The notes under the pieces: generated by a model
The model's database searches: none
The model's input: only the letters and a program-made list of their open reading frames with translations
What the model was told of the DNA's origin: nothing
Shown here: in pieces, positions 49,852 through 59,422 of the stretch
How positions within the stretch are numbered: position 1 is the stretch's first letter
Layout of the letters: each line of letters begins with the position of its first letter
From: Bacilli bacterium
GTDB lineage: Bacteria; Bacillota_I; Bacilli_A; ML615J-28; CAG-313
DNA length: 64,000 bases
Reading direction: 5' to 3'
Assembly: GCA_017409905.1 (NCBI GenBank)
Contig: JAFQRV010000016.1
Span: 22,143-86,142, forward strand
Program-made: the position numbers and the translations under genes

Positions 49852-51936
49852 ATGAAAAAAATTTACTTGTTTATATCTTTTATAGCTTTATCTTTATTGT
49901 TAGTAGGTTGTGAAGGTCTTGGCACTGGTACTAAACATAATTGGGGAGAATGGGTTACTGTCAAAGAAGCTACTTGTGTTGAAAAAGGATTAAAGGTAGC
50001 AACATGTATTGATTGTGGAGAAACTAAAGAAGCTAATACTAATAAGATTGATCATGTTTATTCTGAATATTTAGTTAAAACAGAAGAAGGTCACTATCAT
50101 GAATGTATTATGTGTTCTGAACATACAGTTGAAAAACATACTGCTTCATCTCCTAATGAACATGGAAAAGTAAGATGTGTTGAATGTGATTATGTTTTGG
50201 AAAAAGGTGATGAAACTTTCTATGACAATGTTTATGCAACATTTAGAAATCTTTATCAATTTGAAATGGAACAATTAGCATTAGAAGTAGTTGATGATTA
50301 TGATAGTATATATGATATTGTAATTAATGATGCAGTAATCGCATTTGATTTTGCAGATAGTACAATGGTTTACATAAAAGGAAATGCCGAATTGGCTGAA
50401 GGAGAATTAGATTATATCTTAGAAGAATCTACATATGATGTAGAATTATTAATATGTGGTGAAGAAGTATACATTAAAGCAGTCATTGATACACCAAACT
50501 CTGTTGCAGGGAATATGAGTGGAAGCCATTATATTAAAGTAAATTTGACTGAAATGAATATTATGGAAGAAATGGGCTTATATATTGATTTAGATCAAAT
50601 TAAGTCAATTGTATGTAATGAAGAAGTTAATGCCGCATTAGATGTAATTGTAGAAAAAGTATATGCTAAATTTGGTTTCACAAAAGGAGATATGGTTGAA
50701 TTATTAATTAACAAGTGTTTTAATGAAACAACAATAGATAATACAACTGAATTTATCTTCACTTTTGATTTTATCATGGAAATTATTGACAGTATTAAAG
50801 GAAAAACAGTTGAACAATTATATGATGATGCATTTGGTAAAGGTAAGTTTGAACAATTAGCATCAAGAGTTGATCAAATTTTAAATATCAAAATAGGCGT
50901 ATTATTTGATAGAATAGAAAATGTTTTAGGTATTGAATTTGAAGATTTAACTAATCTTGTAAAAGCTTTAGAAAACACTATGCCTGATTTAGGTTCTGAA
51001 TATGCTGAAATATATGATGAAATATATGATATTATTGATGAATTACAAACAGGTGAATTTAGAAATAAAACATTAAAAGAACTTCTATTTGGAAAAGTAG
51101 ATCAAGATATAGTTGAGGATAATATTGAAGAATTCAAGGAAATGCTAGAAAATACTAAAGATGTAGTATTACTAGAATTAACAGAAGATAATTATAATGC
51201 CATTAAAAATATAGTTGATTACCTAAATGAAGCAGTAAGCATTAAACTAATTACTGATAATACTGGAGTTGTTGAAAAAATAACTATTGATGTAGATTTC
51301 ACAACTGATGAGATTGAAACTCCAATAGATGCAGATTTGAAATTAGACTTGCATTGTGAATTATCTAAAGTTGCTTATAAATTTGATGCTCAACAAATCA
51401 TTGATGAAGTTAATGCAGGTATTAAGTTAATGGACTTTGAAAATGCCACCCTTGAAAATGGAACATTTGAAAAGACAAAAGATGAATATCTTTTAGAATA
51501 TAGTGAAGAACAAGAAATAGTAATTGCAGGTGTAGAATATCTTGATGTTTATACTTATGAAGTAACTGTTGATATGACAAAAGCTTCAGGACATTACGTA
51601 ATTTCTTCTTGTGGTAATGAAATTGTTTATTCTATATATGCACCAGTTGAAGTGTATCGTACTAATAAAAGAATTATCAAAGAAACAAATGGGGTATATT
51701 TAGAAACTTCATCATCATATGAAGAAGAATATATATATTTCATTTATAATACTGAAACTAAAAAGTTTACTGTAACATATGATTATGATGGAAGAGAACA
51801 TGACTTTGTAGAAATCAAAGAAGTTATAAGTGAAGATGGAGTATATAAAGAAGTTCACTATGAATGTTCTAAATGCCATGATATAGTAATAAAGAAATAT
51901 GCTTATTATGGGTCTATAGTACCAGTAAATGAATAA
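49852..51936 (+). CDS. large acidic lipoprotein with N-terminal Cys-rich (zinc-ribbon-like) region; novel
   Basis: Start reassigned to MKKIYLFISFIALSLLLVGC (lipobox) at 49852 with RBS GGAGGT. A perfect TTGCAT-17-TATAAT promoter lies at 49801-49829. CxxC pairs occur at TCIDCGE, HECIMCSEH, RCVECDY and HYECSKCHD. About 600 aa of Asp/Glu-rich sequence follows. Confidence 0.55.
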   Translation: MKKIYLFISFIALSLLLVGCEGLGTGTKHNWGEWVTVKEATCVEKGLKVATCIDCGETKEANTNKIDHVYSEYLVKTEEGHYHECIMCSEHTVEKHTASSPNEHGKVRCVECDYVLEKGDETFYDNVYATFRNLYQFEMEQLALEVVDDYDSIYDIVINDAVIAFDFADSTMVYIKGNAELAEGELDYILEESTYDVELLICGEEVYIKAVIDTPNSVAGNMSGSHYIKVNLTEMNIMEEMGLYIDLDQIKSIVCNEEVNAALDVIVEKVYAKFGFTKGDMVELLINKCFNETTIDNTTEFIFTFDFIMEIIDSIKGKTVEQLYDDAFGKGKFEQLASRVDQILNIKIGVLFDRIENVLGIEFEDLTNLVKALENTMPDLGSEYAEIYDEIYDIIDELQTGEFRNKTLKELLFGKVDQDIVEDNIEEFKEMLENTKDVVLLELTEDNYNAIKNIVDYLNEAVSIKLITDNTGVVEKITIDVDFTTDEIETPIDADLKLDLHCELSKVAYKFDAQQIIDEVNAGIKLMDFENATLENGTFEKTKDEYLLEYSEEQEIVIAGVEYLDVYTYEVTVDMTKASGHYVISSCGNEIVYSIYAPVEVYRTNKRIIKETNGVYLETSSSYEEEYIYFIYNTETKKFTVTYDYDGREHDFVEIKEVISEDGVYKEVHYECSKCHDIVIKKYAYYGSIVPVNE

Positions 51937-51981
51937 TTTATTATTTTAAAGACACTATTATAGTGTCTTTTTTTATTATTC

Positions 51982-52040
51982 TTGACATATAATATAATAG
52001 GTGCTATAATATATGAAGAAATATTCATATGTTCATATAT
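51982..52040 (+). promoter_or_regulatory. sigma-A promoter with overlapping CzrA/SmtB-type operator
   Basis: -35 TTGACA at 51982-51987, 17 nt spacer, -10 TATAAT at 52005-52010. An inverted repeat ATATGAAGAAATATTCATAT at 52011-52030 contains TGAAGAAATATTCA, nearly identical to the S. aureus czr operator core TGAACAAATATTCA. A second half-site follows in GTTCATATAT. The terminator of the upstream gene lies at 51939-51966. Confidence 0.65.
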
Positions 52041-52055
52041 TAAATGGAGGGATTT

Positions 52056-52346
52056 ATGGAAAATAATACAAGAATAGAAAATCTAGCTAGAATGTTTGAT
52101 ATGCTGGGTGATACTAACAGATTAAGTATTGTTGTATATTTAATGGGTGGTGAAAAAAGTGTTAGTGATATTACTAAACACATTGGAATGAGTCAATCAG
52201 CCGTATCACATCAATTAAGAATATTAAAAGATGCTAGAATATTAAAAGCGACAAAAATTGGAAAAGCAGTTTATTATAGTATAGAAGATGAACATGTTGA
52301 AACGATAGTTGAAAGTGGTCTAGTTCATATGGTTCATGAGGGGTAA
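52056..52346 (+). CDS. czrA: ArsR/SmtB-family metalloregulator, alpha5-site (Zn/Co-sensing, CzrA-like)
   Basis: wHTH (SVSDITKHIGMSQSAVSHQLRIL). The C-terminal alpha5 site DEHVETIVESGLVHMVH gives D-x-H-x10-H-x2-H. No alpha3 CVC motif. ATG at 52056 after GGAGGG. Confidence 0.7.
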   Translation: MENNTRIENLARMFDMLGDTNRLSIVVYLMGGEKSVSDITKHIGMSQSAVSHQLRILKDARILKATKIGKAVYYSIEDEHVETIVESGLVHMVHEG

Positions 52347-52350
52347 TAAT

Positions 52351-54831
52351 ATGAAAAAAGGTTATCAAATATCCAGAATTAATAATAAAAGAAATTATCG
52401 AAGAATTATTGGCGATATTCGTAAGATTGAAGGGATGGAAAACGTTAATTTAAATAAAGATAAAAATACCCTTTATGTTGAATATGCTGATTATTTAGAA
52501 GATGTTGAAAAGAAAATCTTAAAGTGTTTTCACGTTTATGAAGAAAAAGCAATTATCGAAGAATTAGTTGCGAGTGAAGTTTACCGTAAAGTAGTTATTT
52601 TAAAAGGCCTAGATTGTGGCCACTGTGCCGCTCGTATTGAAAGTTTAGCAAAAAAGAATTTTAATTATGAAAGAATAGTTGTAGATTTTTCTACTGAAAG
52701 ATTTATTATTGAAACAAAAGATAAACATTTATGTGACAATTTAGTTATTGAAGTTTCAAAACTTGCCTGTCGAGTTGATCCAAAAATTAATGTTTTAGAA
52801 ATTGGAGAAAGACAAAGAAGTGAAGAATTGGAAAGTAAACCTCTTCTAAAAAAACATGAATTAATTATGTTTATTGTTGGTTGCGCACTTGCAATTGGTT
52901 TTATTATTTTTAAATCAATAATCACAAAAGATATATATTGGTTATTACATGATAATCATGCAGAAAGCGGAGCATCTACAGCATATGAATATATTGTCTT
53001 ATCAATTGCATTATTTTTAGTTGGATTTGAAGTCATAATTGACTTTATTCAAAACTTATTTAGACGTCATGAAATGGATGAAAAGTTCTTAATGTCTTTA
53101 GCCTCAATTGGTGCGATTGTTACAGGCCATACAATTGAAGCAATCTCAGTAATGGTGTTTTATCAAATTGGCAAATATTTACAAGAAAGAGCTGTTAATC
53201 ACTCAAGAAAATCAATCAAAGCTTTATTATCGTTTGAGGCTACAACATCTAGATTAAAAGTTGATGATGAAGAAATGGAAGTTTCTGTTGAAAGCGTAAT
53301 GCCTGGAGATATCTTAATTATAAAAGCTGGGGAAATGATTCCAGTAGATGGTGAAATTGTTAGTGGTAAAACATACCTTGATTTAAAAGCTTTAACTGGT
53401 GAATCCGCATTCCAAAATGCAAAAGTTGGCGACAGTGTAAGAAGTGGTGCGATTAATTTAGGTAATGTTATTGAAGTTAAAGCTAAAAAGATTTATCGTG
53501 ATTCGACTATGTCACAAATTTTAGATATGGTAGAAAACGCATCAGCAGCAAAAGCAAAAACTGAAAACTTCATTACAAAGTTTGCAAAAGTTTATACTCC
53601 TGCTATTGTTGCTATTGCATTTATTGTTGCTGTAATATTCCCAGTAGTATTATGTTTATTCGAAAACAGTTTTGATAATTTGGGTTTATATATGTTAGGT
53701 AGTGATAATTACCGTGGATATATATATACTGGTATGGTATTTTTAGTAATTGCTTGTCCTTGTGCATTAGTAATTTCGATTCCTCTTGCTTTCTTTAGTG
53801 GTATTGGACTTGCTTCAAAAAGAGGTATATTAGTAAAAGGTTCAAATTATTTAGAATCGTTAAGTAAAACAGAATATATATTATTTGATAAAACTGGTAC
53901 TCTTACAAGAGGTGACTTTGGTATTAAAGAATTAGTATCCGTTGATCCTAATTTTACAAAAGAAGAGATTTTAAAATTAATGGCTTATGCTGAATATCAC
54001 TCAACACACCCTATTGGTAAATCAATTGTTGATGCATATGGTAGAGATTTAATTTTTCCTGAAATTATAGATGATTTTACAAGACTTCAAGGTAGAGGTG
54101 TAAGAGCATATATAAATGGAGCTAGAATTGCGGTATGTAATTATACTCAATTACAAGAAGCAAAAATAGAATATGAAAAAATTAATAGTCCTGATTTGGT
54201 ACTTTATGTTTTAAAAGAAAAACAAGTAATTGGTTATGGTATAATCGGTGATTCGATTAAAGAAGATGCATTTGAAATGATTAATAATTTACGTCAACAA
54301 GGCGTTAAAAAGATATCTATACTTACTGGCGATAATAAGGATGTTAGTGAAAGTGTTGGTAAATTATTAGGTGTTGATAATATTCTTTCAGAACTTTATC
54401 CAAATGATAAAGTAGAAGCAATGGAAAAACATAAAGAAACCGTTTCAAAAGGTAAAAAAGTTGTTTATGTTGGTGATGGAATAAATGATGCTCCAGTTAT
54501 TAGTAGTGCAGATGTTGGTATAGCAATTGGTGCAAGTGCATCTGAAGGTTCTATAGCGATAGCTGATATTGTAGTAATGGGTGATAATTTAACTAAAATT
54601 AATGAAGCAATTACCATTGCTAAAGTAACTAAGAAAATAGTATTACAAAATACAATAATGGCATTAGGAATAAAACTATTAGTATTTATTATTAATTTCT
54701 TTAATTTGCCTGTCATGATATGGTTGGCAATATTCTCAGACGTTGGTGTTTCTTTACTTGCAATTATTAATTCACTAAGAGTAAAGGGTATATTTAATAG
54801 AAAAACTGCAGGGGACAAAAAAGATGAGTAA
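52351..54831 (+). CDS. P1B-type heavy-metal (Zn/Cd/Co) translocating ATPase
   Basis: HMA domain GLDCGHCAAR, TM CPC motif VIACPCALVIS, DKTGTLT, GDGINDAP. It is preceded by a degenerate Cys-less HMA-like domain. The stop overlaps the rimM start. Confidence 0.85.
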   Translation: MKKGYQISRINNKRNYRRIIGDIRKIEGMENVNLNKDKNTLYVEYADYLEDVEKKILKCFHVYEEKAIIEELVASEVYRKVVILKGLDCGHCAARIESLAKKNFNYERIVVDFSTERFIIETKDKHLCDNLVIEVSKLACRVDPKINVLEIGERQRSEELESKPLLKKHELIMFIVGCALAIGFIIFKSIITKDIYWLLHDNHAESGASTAYEYIVLSIALFLVGFEVIIDFIQNLFRRHEMDEKFLMSLASIGAIVTGHTIEAISVMVFYQIGKYLQERAVNHSRKSIKALLSFEATTSRLKVDDEEMEVSVESVMPGDILIIKAGEMIPVDGEIVSGKTYLDLKALTGESAFQNAKVGDSVRSGAINLGNVIEVKAKKIYRDSTMSQILDMVENASAAKAKTENFITKFAKVYTPAIVAIAFIVAVIFPVVLCLFENSFDNLGLYMLGSDNYRGYIYTGMVFLVIACPCALVISIPLAFFSGIGLASKRGILVKGSNYLESLSKTEYILFDKTGTLTRGDFGIKELVSVDPNFTKEEILKLMAYAEYHSTHPIGKSIVDAYGRDLIFPEIIDDFTRLQGRGVRAYINGARIAVCNYTQLQEAKIEYEKINSPDLVLYVLKEKQVIGYGIIGDSIKEDAFEMINNLRQQGVKKISILTGDNKDVSESVGKLLGVDNILSELYPNDKVEAMEKHKETVSKGKKVVYVGDGINDAPVISSADVGIAIGASASEGSIAIADIVVMGDNLTKINEAITIAKVTKKIVLQNTIMALGIKLLVFIINFFNLPVMIWLAIFSDVGVSLLAIINSLRVKGIFNRKTAGDKKDE

Positions 54832-55324
54832 GTATTTGGAAACAGGAAAAATTGTTGGTGTATTTGGACTAAAGGGAGAATTAAAAGTAATTAGTGATAG
54901 TACTACAAATAGATTCTTTAAAGGTTCTGAATTATATTTAGGAAGAAATATTAAAAACTTAACTAAAGTAACCATCACAAGTGCAAGAGTCCATAAAGGA
55001 ATGTATATGGTTACAATTAATGAACTATATGATATTAATTTAGTTGAAAAATATGTTAATCAAATATTTTATATTGATCGTGAAGAAATGGATGACTTAG
55101 AAGAAAACGAATATTATTTTGATGATTTAATTGGCTTAAAAATAATAGATGGTAATAATAATGAATATGGTGAAGTTGTTGATGTTTTAGATTTACCAAG
55201 TTCTGCAGTTATCGAAATAAAATTAAAAAATGATAAAAAGATAATGATTCCATTTGTTGGTGTATATATTAATGATGTGACAAAAGAATATATTTTAATT
55301 GAAAGAATCGAGGAATTTTTATAA
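54824..55324 (+). CDS. rimM: 16S rRNA processing protein RimM
   Basis: PRC-barrel protein of 166 aa with GKIVGVFGLKGELKV. Confidence 0.85.
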   Translation: MSKYLETGKIVGVFGLKGELKVISDSTTNRFFKGSELYLGRNIKNLTKVTITSARVHKGMYMVTINELYDINLVEKYVNQIFYIDREEMDDLEENEYYFDDLIGLKIIDGNNNEYGEVVDVLDLPSSAVIEIKLKNDKKIMIPFVGVYINDVTKEYILIERIEEFL

Positions 55325-56049
55325 TGCGTTTTGATATATTAACTTTATTCCCCGATATGATAAAAGGTTTATTAAATGATTCTATTTTAAAAAGAGCAAT
55401 TGAAAAAGGATTATTAGAAGTAAACCTAATAGATTTTAGAGAATATTCAACTAATAAACATCACACTGTTGATGATTATGCTTATTCAGGTGGTGCTGGA
55501 ATGTTAATAAGTGTTGAACCAATTCATTTAGCAATGAAAGAAATTAAAGGAATTGATAATGCTAAAAAATTATTAATGTCACCAGGGGGTAAAACTTTAA
55601 CCCAAGAAAAGGTTCAAGAATTAGCAAAAAATGATCATATAGTTATTGTATGTGGTCATTATGAAGGAATAGATGCAAGAATACTAAACTATGTTGATGA
55701 AGAAGTTTCTATTGGTGATTATGTGTTAATGGGTGGAGAAGTTCCCGCAATGGCAATAATTGAGGCAGTTTCAAGACTAGTACCTTGTGTAATTAGTAAT
55801 GATTCACCGAAAGATGAATCATTCTCTGAAAACTTATTAGAATATCCACAATATACACACCCTTATGAATATGATGGATATAAAGTACCAGATATCTTAT
55901 TAAGTGGACATCACGCTAACATTGAAAAATGGAAAAGGTATCAATCATTAAAAAAGACTTATTTAGTTAGACCAGATCTACTAAAAAAAGCTCATCTAAC
56001 ATTAAAAGATCATCAAATGTTATGGGAGATTAAAAATGAAGAAAATTAA
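55324..56049 (+). CDS. trmD: tRNA (guanine37-N1)-methyltransferase
   Basis: MRFDILTLFPDM...GGAGM... is the SPOUT TrmD signature. Confidence 0.9.
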   Translation: MRFDILTLFPDMIKGLLNDSILKRAIEKGLLEVNLIDFREYSTNKHHTVDDYAYSGGAGMLISVEPIHLAMKEIKGIDNAKKLLMSPGGKTLTQEKVQELAKNDHIVIVCGHYEGIDARILNYVDEEVSIGDYVLMGGEVPAMAIIEAVSRLVPCVISNDSPKDESFSENLLEYPQYTHPYEYDGYKVPDILLSGHHANIEKWKRYQSLKKTYLVRPDLLKKAHLTLKDHQMLWEIKNEEN

Positions 56050-56506
56050 ATTTATATATATATTGTTAATAGTATTAACTACTTGTTTCTTAACTAGCTG
56101 TAAAGTAAAAGAAATAAAAGACTCTAGTGAATTTATAGAACTAGTATATTCTTGGTCTAGTGGTGAGTTAGAAAATTCTTGTTTAATTGATTTAAGAGAA
56201 CTAAGAAATAATGCAACAATAGATGATTATGATTCAGGGCATATAAGTGGTGCTATATCATATGACTATGGTAATTTCAACAAAGAAAAGTTTATTACTT
56301 GGATAACAGGACTATACAGTAAAAAAGCCACTATTCTTTTAATAGATAGTGGTCATGAAGAATATATAGAAATTAGTGAATGTCTTAAAGAAGCAGGTTA
56401 TAAAAAAATATTTGCTTATACATTAGGGTATCAAGAATTAAAAAAAGCAAATGATTTTAATCAAAAATTAGTAGAATCTACAGGAATAGAAGACTGTGGA
56501 TGTTAG
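56036..56506 (+). CDS. rhodanese-like domain lipoprotein (no catalytic Cys at canonical position)
   Basis: Lipobox LTSC. Rhodanese fold motifs (D.R...Y..GHI.GA), but the CxxGxR loop is replaced by IDSGHEE. Confidence 0.5.
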   Translation: MKKIKFIYILLIVLTTCFLTSCKVKEIKDSSEFIELVYSWSSGELENSCLIDLRELRNNATIDDYDSGHISGAISYDYGNFNKEKFITWITGLYSKKATILLIDSGHEEYIEISECLKEAGYKKIFAYTLGYQELKKANDFNQKLVESTGIEDCGC

Positions 56507-56514
56507 GAGAAAAT

Positions 56515-58275
56515 ATGAAATGGGATTTAACAAAAATATTTAAAACAATAGAAGAATTTAATGAGGCTTATAATTATTTAATGACTTTTCCTTCTAAAGC
56601 TAAAGCATATGAGGGCAAACTAAATGAGTCAAATAGTTTCAAAGAATTCTTTCAAATGCAAAGAGAGTTTGAAGAAAAAGCAAGCAAGTTATATTTATAT
56701 GCTCATTTAAACAGTGATTTAAATAAAAAAGATGTAGAAAAAGCAACTCTAGTTCAAAAATGTATGGTAATGCTTCATATGTATATGCAAAGTGTAGCGT
56801 TTGAAGAACCTGAATTATTATCATTAGGATATGATAGAGTAATGGAATTATTAAAAGAAAATCCAGATATTGAAGAATTTAGATTTAGTTTTGAAAAATT
56901 ATTTCATAGTAATGAACATGTTCTTGATAAAAAATCAGAACAATTAATTTCAGTATTAAGTCCTGCTATGCGAAATGGTAGTGAATTATACAGTATGTTA
57001 TCTACTGCTGATGGTAATCCGACTGAAATTATTTATGATGGTAAACCACAATATGTTACTCAAGGTAATTGGACATCACTTGTCGAATTCGCAAAATCTG
57101 AAGTTGATCGTCAAAAAGTCTTTGAAGCAATTTTTAATACTTATGAAAAACATAAAAATACTTATGCTAAAATATATGATTCAATATTAGAATCTAATAA
57201 AGCCATCCAAAAAGCTAGGGGTTATAAGAGTATTTTAGAAGCTCATTTATTTGGTAATAATATACCAACTAGTGTATATGAAACTTTAGTAGAAGTTGCA
57301 GGATCAGAAAACGAAGCTTTAAAACGTTATATTAAATTAAGAGAAAAACATTTAAAACTTGAAAAATATCGTACATATCATAGATTCTTACAATTCGCAA
57401 CAAGCGATAAAAAGTATTCATATGAAGATGCGAAAGAATTATTCTTTAAATCAATTGAGAAATTTCCTCAAGATTTTCAAGATTATGCGCATTCTGCATT
57501 AGAGTCTGGATATGTTGATGTAATGGAACAAGATGGAAAAAGAACAGGTGCTTATTCATCAGGAGTGTGTAACTTCCATCCATTCATTTTATTAAATTAT
57601 TCTAATACTTTATCTGATGTCTTTACAGTAGCACATGAGGCTGGACATTCAATTCATTCTCTTTATGCTGGTGATGCACAACCGCCAATGTTACAAGACT
57701 ATACAATCTTTGTTGCGGAAATTGCATCAACATTTAATGAACATAATCTATTAGATTATTTAATGTCAACAGGTAAACTTTCAAAAGAAGAACAAATTAT
57801 GTTACTTCAAAAAGCAATTGATTCTATTATGGGCACATTCTATAGACAAACATTATTTGCTGAATATGAACTTACTGCATCAAGAATGAAAGAACAAGAT
57901 ATGCCAATCAATCATGAAGTATTATCAAATATTATGATTGATTTATATAAGAAATATTATGATTTAGATATTACTGAAGAAAAAGTTAAGAAATATGTTT
58001 GGGCGTATATTCCACACTTATTTGGAACACCATTCTACGTATACCAATATGCGACAAGTTTTGCTGCAAGCTTTAAGATTTATCAAGATGTTAAAGAAAA
58101 TAAACCAGGTGCATTTGAAAGATATACTAATTTATTAAAAGCTGGTGGATCTAAATATCCAGTTGATGAGGCTAAAGATGCAGGAGTCGATTTCACTAAA
58201 CGTGAAACTTTCGAAGCGGTTACTAAGAGAATGACTGAACTAGTAGATATGCTTGAAAAATTATTAGAAGAGTAG
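56515..58275 (+). CDS. pepF: oligoendopeptidase F (M3B)
   Basis: HEAGHSIHS zinc motif. The ATG at 56515 follows RBS TAGGAGA. The track's ATG at 56500 lies inside the upstream gene. Confidence 0.85.
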   Translation: MKWDLTKIFKTIEEFNEAYNYLMTFPSKAKAYEGKLNESNSFKEFFQMQREFEEKASKLYLYAHLNSDLNKKDVEKATLVQKCMVMLHMYMQSVAFEEPELLSLGYDRVMELLKENPDIEEFRFSFEKLFHSNEHVLDKKSEQLISVLSPAMRNGSELYSMLSTADGNPTEIIYDGKPQYVTQGNWTSLVEFAKSEVDRQKVFEAIFNTYEKHKNTYAKIYDSILESNKAIQKARGYKSILEAHLFGNNIPTSVYETLVEVAGSENEALKRYIKLREKHLKLEKYRTYHRFLQFATSDKKYSYEDAKELFFKSIEKFPQDFQDYAHSALESGYVDVMEQDGKRTGAYSSGVCNFHPFILLNYSNTLSDVFTVAHEAGHSIHSLYAGDAQPPMLQDYTIFVAEIASTFNEHNLLDYLMSTGKLSKEEQIMLLQKAIDSIMGTFYRQTLFAEYELTASRMKEQDMPINHEVLSNIMIDLYKKYYDLDITEEKVKKYVWAYIPHLFGTPFYVYQYATSFAASFKIYQDVKENKPGAFERYTNLLKAGGSKYPVDEAKDAGVDFTKRETFEAVTKRMTELVDMLEKLLEE

Positions 58276-58283
58276 GTGTAATT

Positions 58284-59006
58284 ATTAAGTTTTATAAATA
58301 TCATTCATATGGTAATTCATTTGTAATGTTAGATGAAGATATATATACTACATACCAAAATGAATTATCAGAATTAGTTAAAAAGATTAGTGATCCTCTT
58401 AATGGATTAAATACTGATGGTGTTATATTTGTCACTAAATATTTAGATTCATATAAAATGGTATACTATAATAATGATGGTACATATGGTAAAATGTGCG
58501 GAAATGGTATTAGATGTTTTATTGATTATCTATATAAAAATAAAAAGATCCCAAATAAGGGAACTGTTTATAGTGATATAAATTGTATTGATTATGAAAT
58601 AGATGATTCAATTAAGACTACTCATAAAAAAGCTGAATTTTTAGGTATCTATAAATATGGCAGAAACAATGTTTATCTAACTAACTCTGGAGTATTACAT
58701 GCGACAATGTTTGTGGATAAAATAGATGTAAAATCATTAAAAAGATTATATGATAAATTAGAAAGTAAGTATAATACCTCATTTGTACATAAAAATGAGA
58801 ATGGTGAATACGAAATATTAACATATGAAGTTGGTGCAGGTCTTACAAAAGCTTGTGGTACTGCTGCTATCTCTTTAGCTTCTATTTTAAATTTACCAGA
58901 AATTAAAGTCCATTATCAATTGGGTACAATAATTGTGAAAACAGATGAGTCAGTTCATTTAAAAGGTTTTACAACTAGTGTATGTTTTGGAGAGTATCAA
59001 TATTAA
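58284..59006 (+). CDS. dapF: diaminopimelate epimerase; apparent non-AUG (AUU) start
   Basis: Catalytic motifs NNDGTYGKMCGNGIRC and GLTKACGTAA. The conserved N-terminal block KFYKYHSYGNSF (compare DapF MxFxFTKMHGLGNSY) lies in-frame upstream of the first ATG at 58326. No ATG, GTG or TTG exists between the in-frame stop at 58254 and that ATG. AGGTG at 58274-58278 sits 5 nt before the ATT at 58284. Confidence 0.6.
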   Translation: MKFYKYHSYGNSFVMLDEDIYTTYQNELSELVKKISDPLNGLNTDGVIFVTKYLDSYKMVYYNNDGTYGKMCGNGIRCFIDYLYKNKKIPNKGTVYSDINCIDYEIDDSIKTTHKKAEFLGIYKYGRNNVYLTNSGVLHATMFVDKIDVKSLKRLYDKLESKYNTSFVHKNENGEYEILTYEVGAGLTKACGTAAISLASILNLPEIKVHYQLGTIIVKTDESVHLKGFTTSVCFGEYQY

Positions 59007-59065
59007 TCAAAAAAAATACTACGAAATAATTCGTAGTATTTTTTAATTCGCTTTTGTTTTTAAAA

Positions 59066-59422
59066 TTAACGACGTTTTGTGCTTTCTTTAATTCTAGCAG
59101 CTCTTGCAGAAAGTCCTCTAATGTAATTTAACTTAGCACGACGAACTCTACCATGACGAACAACATCGATTTTAGCAACCATTGGAGAATGAACTGGGAA
59201 AGTTCTTTCAACACCAACACCACTTGAAATCTTACGAACTGTATAAGTTTCGCTGATTCCACCACCGCGGCGTGCAATTACTAATCCTTCGAATACTTGG
59301 ATTCTTTCGCGTTCGCCTTCTTTAATTCTTACGTGTACTCTTACATTGTCACCAGGTCTAAAGCTAGGCACATCAGTCTTTAAGTAACCTTTAGTTACTG
59401 CATTAATTAATGCTTGACTCAT
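59066..59422 (-). CDS. rplS: 50S ribosomal protein L19
   Basis: [31 protein letters not shown]... The ATG at 59422 follows AGGAG. A bidirectional terminator AAAATACTACGAAATAATTCGTAGTATTTT lies at 59020-59050. Confidence 0.95.
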   Translation of the reverse strand: MSQALINAVTKGYLKTDVPSFRPGDNVRVHVRIKEGERERIQVFEGLVIARRGGGISETYTVRKISSGVGVERTFPVHSPMVAKIDVVRHGRVRRAKLNYIRGLSARAARIKESTKRR

